Shown: one piece after another, positions 32,358 to 36,085 of the stretch
Position numbering within the stretch: the first letter of the stretch is position 1
Layout: every line of letters starts with the position of its first letter
Source: an uncultured Gammaproteobacteria bacterium
GTDB lineage: Bacteria; Patescibacteriota; Patescibacteriia; Patescibacteriales; UBA12465
Direction: 5' to 3'
DNA: 36,085 bases
NCBI GenBank assembly: GCA_964431625.1
Contig: CAYSJT010000002.1
Span: forward strand, 1 to 36,085
Translations under genes and position numbers: made by a program
The notes under the pieces: model-generated
Told to the model about the DNA's origin: nothing
What the model saw: the letters and a program-made list of their open reading frames with translations, nothing else
The model's database searches: none

Positions 32358-32945
32358 ATGCCCTATATGATCATCTCCTTTAGCGGCGCCCCCGGCTCCG
32401 GCAAAAGCACCATCGCCCAGAGGCTGGCCGACAAGCTCGGCTATGCCCGCTATTACATGGGCGGCTTGCGCCGGGAAGCGGCTAGAAAAAGAGGTTTGAC
32501 TCTGGCGGAGTATAATAAGCTGGGGGAGGCTGATCCGGCCACTGACAAGGAGGTGGACGAATATCAGGCTGAATTGGGGCGGAAAGAGAAAGATTTTGTC
32601 ATTGAAGGCCGGACTTCCTGGTATTTTATCCCCCATTCCGTCAAGATATATCTGGATGTTTCTCCCGAGGAAGGAGCCAGGCGGGTATTTTTGAGCCTGC
32701 AGGGCAAGGCTAAGGAGGAAAGGAATGAGGATGACCAGCTAGACAGTCAGGAGGCGGTCCGCGAAAGCATGGAGAGCCGGGTAGCCAGCGATCGCGTCAG
32801 ATACCGCAAATATTACGGCATAGACGACGTCTACGACCATAGCCACTATGACCTTTGCTTAGATACAACTGGGTTTGACCAAGACCAGGTCTTTGCCAAG
32901 GTCTGGGATTTCGTTTCCGAGAGGCTTGACAAAGGGAAAAATTGA
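32358..32945 (+). CDS. cmk: Cytidylate kinase, archaeal/short type
   Basis: MIISFSGAPGSGKSTIAQRLADKLGY (P-loop), then LTLAEYNKLGEADPATDKEVDEYQ and VIEGRTSWYF, as in short-type CMP kinases. ATG 32367 is an alternative start. Confidence 0.7.
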   Translation: MPYMIISFSGAPGSGKSTIAQRLADKLGYARYYMGGLRREAARKRGLTLAEYNKLGEADPATDKEVDEYQAELGRKEKDFVIEGRTSWYFIPHSVKIYLDVSPEEGARRVFLSLQGKAKEERNEDDQLDSQEAVRESMESRVASDRVRYRKYYGIDDVYDHSHYDLCLDTTGFDQDQVFAKVWDFVSERLDKGKN

Positions 32946-32979
32946 TTATAATATTAGACAAGATTTAAATAAAGGCAGA

Positions 32980-33003
32980 AAACGAGATTCTCACATCTCG
33001 TTT
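32980..33003 (+). promoter_or_regulatory. 9-bp hairpin 14 nt upstream of the rplS start (cmk terminator or L19 leader element)
   Basis: AAACGAGAT (32980-32988), loop TCTCAC, ATCTCGTTT (32995-33003). Only a short T-run follows. Confidence 0.3.
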
Positions 33004-33017
33004 CTCATATCTATCAT

Positions 33018-33344
33018 ATGGTTGAAACCACATTAGAGCTGAAACCGGGCTTGACCGTCCGCGTTTATCAGAAAATCAAAGAACTCAATTCCAAGGGCGA
33101 AGAAAAGGAGCGCGTCCAGTATTTTGAAGGCCTGATTATCGCTCGGAAGCATAATAAGGAGAAAGGCGCGACCATCACCGTCCGCAAGGTTTCCGACGGC
33201 GTCGGCGTGGAGAAGATCTTCCCCCTCAACCTGCCGACTATTACCAAGATTGAAATCAAGAAACAGGCCCAGGTCCGCCAGGCTAAATTATATTACCTGC
33301 GTTCCGGCTATAAGAAGAAACTCAAGGAAAAAGTGGTCAAGTAA
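33018..33344 (+). CDS. rplS: 50S ribosomal protein L19
   Basis: [12 protein letters not shown]...[15 protein letters not shown]...[30 protein letters not shown]...RQAKLYYLR is canonical L19. Confidence 0.93.
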   Translation: MVETTLELKPGLTVRVYQKIKELNSKGEEKERVQYFEGLIIARKHNKEKGATITVRKVSDGVGVEKIFPLNLPTITKIEIKKQAQVRQAKLYYLRSGYKKKLKEKVVK

Positions 33345-33357
33345 AACTTGGCCGAAA

Positions 33358-33441
33358 GGGCGAGTGGTGAAACTGGTAGACACACAAGCTTGAGGGGCTT
33401 GGGAGAGCAATCTCGTGGAGGTTCGAGTCCTCTCTCGCCCA
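33358..33441 (+). tRNA. tRNA-Leu (anticodon GAG)
   Basis: Acceptor GGGCGAG/CTCGCCC, anticodon stem CAAGC/GCTTG, loop TTGAGGG, long variable arm, T-arm GGAGG-TTCGAGT-CCTCT. 84 nt. Confidence 0.9.
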
Positions 33442-33452
33442 CCGCGGATGCG

Positions 33453-33526
33453 GGGCGCATAGCTCAGCTGGTTAGAGCACTTCGTTTACACCGAAGGGGT
33501 CCAGGGTTCGAGTCCTTGTGCGCCCA
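33453..33526 (+). tRNA. tRNA-Val (anticodon UAC)
   Basis: Acceptor GGGCGCA/TGCGCCC, D-arm GCTC-AGCTGGTTA-GAGC, anticodon stem CTTCG/CGAAG, loop TTTACAC, T-arm CAGGG-TTCGAGT-CCTTG. 74 nt. Confidence 0.9.
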
Positions 33527-33535
33527 CGGTATCAA

Positions 33536-33565
33536 GAAAGGGCCGGACAGGCCTCTTTTTTGTCC
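33536..33565 (+). terminator. Weak terminator-like hairpin after tRNA-Val
   Basis: GGCC-GGACA-GGCC followed by TCTTTTTT. An alternative GGACA/TGTCC pairing is possible. Confidence 0.35.
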
Positions 33566-33576
33566 GCTAAGATTCT

Positions 33577-34008
33577 ATGGAGAAATTAATTTGTCTAAGC
33601 GAAGCTAAGACCAAACAGGCGGCGGCCAAGCTGGCTAAACGACTTCAAGGCGGAGCCGTCTTGGCTTTATATGGTGAGCTGGGAGCCGGTAAGACCAGAT
33701 TTATTCAGGGGCTGGCCGAGGCTTTGGGAATCAAGTCCCGGGTTACCAGCCCGACCTTCAACATCTTACGCGTCTATTCTCTCAAGGGACGGAAAGACAA
33801 AGCTGATTCCTTTTATCATATAGACGCCTATCGTCTGGCTTCCGGCCGAGACCTGTTGGCGCTTGGAGCCGAAGAATTCTTGGGCGTCCCTAATTCCATC
33901 GCGGCCATAGAATGGGCCGAACGGGTGGAAGATATCCTGCCGCCCCAGACCACCAGACTGAGATTCCGGGTGCTGCCGGATGGGGGGAGGGAGATTATTA
34001 TTTCTTGA
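33577..34008 (+). CDS. tsaE: tRNA t6A37 biosynthesis ATPase TsaE (YjeE)
   Basis: LALYGELGAGKTRFIQGLAEALGI...VTSPTFNILRVY...YHIDAYRL are hallmark TsaE motifs. Confidence 0.88.
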   Translation: MEKLICLSEAKTKQAAAKLAKRLQGGAVLALYGELGAGKTRFIQGLAEALGIKSRVTSPTFNILRVYSLKGRKDKADSFYHIDAYRLASGRDLLALGAEEFLGVPNSIAAIEWAERVEDILPPQTTRLRFRVLPDGGREIIIS

Positions 34009-34026
34009 AAATTTATTTTGGATAAG

Positions 34027-34056
34027 AAAAAAGGAGCTTTTCAGGGCTCTCTTTTT
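34027..34056. terminator. Bidirectional terminator-like hairpin between tsaE and the convergent small ORF
   Basis: A-tract, GGAGC (34033-34037), 8-nt loop, GCTCT (34046-34050), then CTTTTT. Confidence 0.4.
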
Positions 34057-34068
34057 ATTTCCCCGGGT

Positions 34069-34284
34069 TTAGCCCAGGAGATTTTTTCCGACCAGGTAGA
34101 AGTCCCCGTCTTTTTCGATGAGCATCTCCCGGAAGGAATAAATGGTGGATTCGCCATCGGCCGGTTTGTCCAGGCAGACGGCAAAACTCTCATAAGGAGA
34201 GCCAAGTGCCACCCGCCGGTTTTCTTCACTCAATTTTTCCGCCGCCCAGCCGATGGCCGAACGGAATGTTTTGGAAATCTTCAT
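34069..34284 (-). CDS. Small hypothetical protein (71 aa)
   Basis: An ORF with balanced composition. Its ATG overlaps (ATGA) the TGA that closes the in-frame extension of the upstream kinase-like gene. Confidence 0.4.
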   Translation of the reverse strand: MKISKTFRSAIGWAAEKLSEENRRVALGSPYESFAVCLDKPADGESTIYSFREMLIEKDGDFYLVGKNLLG

Positions 34285-34376
34285 TGCGTTTGGGTTTTAT
34301 ATAGTTCAATGATCTGTTTTTTTGCGTCTTCAATATTCTTTTCGTCAGAGCTATAGATGATGGTTCCGGTCGGCCC

Positions 34377-35000
34377 CTATTCTTCATACGGATTCTCATC
34401 GCTAAGATATGACTCATAGGCATTGCCGAAATCTATAATTACAGGAAGGCCATTTTCTATCATGATGTTCCCGGCGTGAAGGTCGCGGTGATATATTCCC
34501 GCTTTGTGCAGCTTGGCCACGATATCGTCCAAGCCGGAGAAAAAAGCATCCCAGTCGAAATCTGATCCAGGAAGCTTGTATAAATCATCTTTTCTATCAA
34601 TAACATCTTTCAAGCTCGGCCCTTTGATGTTTTCCATGAATAGGAAGCCATATTTAGCGTCCTGTTTGGAAAAAAGAGGGGATGGGACTATCTTGCGGTC
34701 GATGCCGATGCTTTTTAGAAATTCTCTATCGGACAGCTTATCCAAGAATTCTATTTCATCATTGACGCCGTTTCTGAGACTTATCCGGTTCTCTTTAATT
34801 CTGGACTTGATGACCGTTTTTAAACAGATGGAGCTTTCCTGGTCCACCACGCAGACATCAGCGGTCTTGCCTTCGCCCAGCATGATCTTGCATCGTTCCA
34901 GGCGAGCCACAGCCTCCTCGATTAATCCGTTGAAAAAGGCGATCCTTTCTTCCTGGCCTTTTTCTATCCGGGCTCTCATTTCCGTTCTTTCAAGCAGCAT
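34377..35000 (-). CDS. Small protein-kinase-like fold protein (atypical kinase) that ends 15 aa after DFG
   Basis: Gly-loop-like LGEGKTADVCVV, Lys in ICLKTV, hinge FLFMENIKG, catalytic loop YHRDLHAGNIMI, and IIDFGNA. An alternative ATG at 34979 forms an ATGA overlap with the lspA stop. Confidence 0.65.
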   Translation of the reverse strand: MLLERTEMRARIEKGQEERIAFFNGLIEEAVARLERCKIMLGEGKTADVCVVDQESSICLKTVIKSRIKENRISLRNGVNDEIEFLDKLSDREFLKSIGIDRKIVPSPLFSKQDAKYGFLFMENIKGPSLKDVIDRKDDLYKLPGSDFDWDAFFSGLDDIVAKLHKAGIYHRDLHAGNIMIENGLPVIIDFGNAYESYLSDENPYEE

Positions 35001-35446
35001 AGTATTGTGCCTAGCGCCCCCAGGCTGATCATGGCGTCGGCTAGATTAAAGACGCTGAAGTAGCGCATTTCCAGGTAGTCGACGACATAGCCGTATTGGA
35101 TGCGGTCTATGATATTACTTATAGCACCAAAAAAAATAAATGTCAAGGGAGGGATTAGGAGTCTTTGGCTATTTTTGTTTGATATTAGGTAAATTATATA
35201 GAAGATTAGGACGATTATAACAACCCCCAAGACCAGGTTGAGCCACCAGCCGGATAAAGGCAGGGAAAAGGATATGTAGGGGTTTTTTGTAAAATCAAAG
35301 ATAAAAAAATCACCAATAAGATGAAGGCTGGGTTCATCAGCCTTGTCTATAGCTAGATGTTTCAGCCATCTATCGGCGATAAAAAACATAGCTGTGGCGG
35401 AAAGCCAAGCTATGCTTATTATCCTTGTTTTGGTTGGCTTAGTCAT
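34976..35446 (-). CDS. lspA: Lipoprotein signal peptidase (signal peptidase II)
   Basis: FIADRWLK, NPYISFSL, GAISNIIDRIQYGYVVDYL and VFNLADAMISLG are LspA motifs. The start is taken at MTKPTK (ATG 35446). Confidence 0.85.
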   Translation of the reverse strand: MTKPTKTRIISIAWLSATAMFFIADRWLKHLAIDKADEPSLHLIGDFFIFDFTKNPYISFSLPLSGWWLNLVLGVVIIVLIFYIIYLISNKNSQRLLIPPLTFIFFGAISNIIDRIQYGYVVDYLEMRYFSVFNLADAMISLGALGTILCCLKERK

Positions 35447-35822
35447 TCTCTTGCAGTTCCGTTTTACAGCGGATGCAGGCGCTGGCAATAGGTCTGGCCA
35501 AGAGGCGTTTTTCGTTTATCGGCTGGCCGCAGTATTTGCAGATGCCGTAGGAGCCTTTGGCTATGCGGTCCAAAGCTTTATCAATATCCGCCAAAGTCTT
35601 TTCTAAGACTTTTTCCGTGGCCATGTTGGTGGTGTAGTCGCTGATTTCCTGGGCATTCTCGTCAGGCTTGTCCCCATAATCAGGAAATTTTGCCCCTAAA
35701 TTGTCCGATTCGTGGCTATCCCGTTTGGAAATATCTTGCAGGTCGTCAATAATCCTTTTTTTTCTAATTAAAAGGTCTTTTTCTATCGACTTAATTGTTT
35801 CTTTGTCGATCATCTTGTCCAT
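35439..35822 (-). CDS. DksA/TraR-family C4 zinc-finger protein
   Basis: C-terminal CKYCGQPINEKRLLARPIASACIRCK (CxxC-N17-CxxC), preceded by a coiled-coil-like region. Confidence 0.8.
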   Translation of the reverse strand: MDKMIDKETIKSIEKDLLIRKKRIIDDLQDISKRDSHESDNLGAKFPDYGDKPDENAQEISDYTTNMATEKVLEKTLADIDKALDRIAKGSYGICKYCGQPINEKRLLARPIASACIRCKTELQEND

Positions 35823-35931
35823 ATAAAGGCGCTTAGAGTAAATAAAAAACCATCCTTTAAGATTAGTTCCTTGTACTTAAATTATAGCCTATTGCCTTAT
35901 TTTTTGCAAGATTTTCCAGGTTTCCCGGACT

Positions 35932-35960
35932 TTGACAAGAATAAAGCTTTTTGCTATGAT
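35932..35960 (+). promoter_or_regulatory. Candidate promoter for tRNA-Asp
   Basis: TTGACA (35932-35937), 17 nt, TATGAT (35955-35960), preceded by TGc. Confidence 0.5.
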
Positions 35961-36013
35961 TTTCCTGTGGTTGAGCTCTCGGGCCGCCATTTTTGAAAAA
36001 GAGGATGTCTAAT

Positions 36014-36085
36014 TGGAGCGGTAGTTCAGCTGGTTAGAACGCCTGCCTGTCACGCAGGAGGTCGCGGGTTCGAGTCCCGTCCGTT
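36014..36085 (+). tRNA. tRNA-Asp (anticodon GUC), truncated by the window end (last about 3 nt missing)
   Basis: Acceptor GGAGCGG, D-arm GTTC-AGCTGGTTA-GAAC, anticodon stem CCTGC/GCAGG, loop CTGTCAC, T-arm GCGGG-TTCGAGT-CCCGT. Confidence 0.88.

Noticed and set aside
34018-34356. 112-aa plus-strand ORF after tsaE
   Set aside because: It has a TTG start, reads straight through the terminator-like hairpin and has an F/C-rich improbable composition. The convergent minus-strand small ORF is the more plausible coding frame, though that frame is also uncertain.
33577-35000. The idea that the small kinase is a Bud32/KEOPS-type partner of the adjacent t6A gene tsaE
   Set aside because: The genes are convergent and separated by a terminator-like hairpin and another ORF. 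The catalytic loop HRDLHAGN is equally compatible with APH, Kdo or RIO-like kinases. Bacteria use TsaBDE without Bud32. Adjacency alone is not evidence.
34504-35028. 174-aa plus-strand ORF
   Set aside because: It is antisense to the kinase-like gene, which carries the HRDLxxxN and DFG motifs. The product is an S/L-rich shadow.

Overview
This window looks like a gene-dense chromosomal segment from a small-genome bacterium. The gene content suggests a CPR/Patescibacteria-like organism: orphan solute-binding proteins, an archaeal-type cytidylate kinase, many small secreted membrane proteins and almost no Shine-Dalgarno sites. That assignment is inference only. The standard genetic code applies, because TGA, TAA and TAG all end conserved genes at the expected lengths. 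The window opens with the 5' end of a 16S rRNA gene on the minus strand. It then carries infC-rpmI-rplT-secG, RNase J, trxB, ppsA, lgt, lspA, rplS, tsaE and an SMC-like ATPase. There are two envelope/glycan gene groups and eight tRNAs (Arg-CCU, Ala-GGC, Gly-UCC, Leu-UAG, Leu-GAG, Val-UAC and a partial Asp-GUC); none of the tRNAs encodes CCA. Many textbook sigma70 promoters (TTGACA-17-TAAAAT type) and bidirectional hairpin terminators are readable by eye. The most unusual content is a tandem array of six paralogous small signal-peptide plus two-helix proteins at 21.1-23.5 kb. They share an invariant W-M-x-A-x-G-N-E loop and a VirB2/TrbC-pilin-like topology, and a seventh diverged copy lies at 27.6 kb. 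The array is divergently paired with a GT-C-like membrane protein plus a GtrB-like GT2, and no T4SS machinery is present in the window. Secondary oddities:
- an SMC-like protein with no recognisable hinge
- a promoter-to-U-tract candidate small RNA
- a mini-kinase that ends at an in-frame TAG
- a repeated 16-bp palindrome
- a lipid-kinase-fold protein with a degenerate GGDGT motif
I saw no CRISPR array, transposase, integrase or phage genes.
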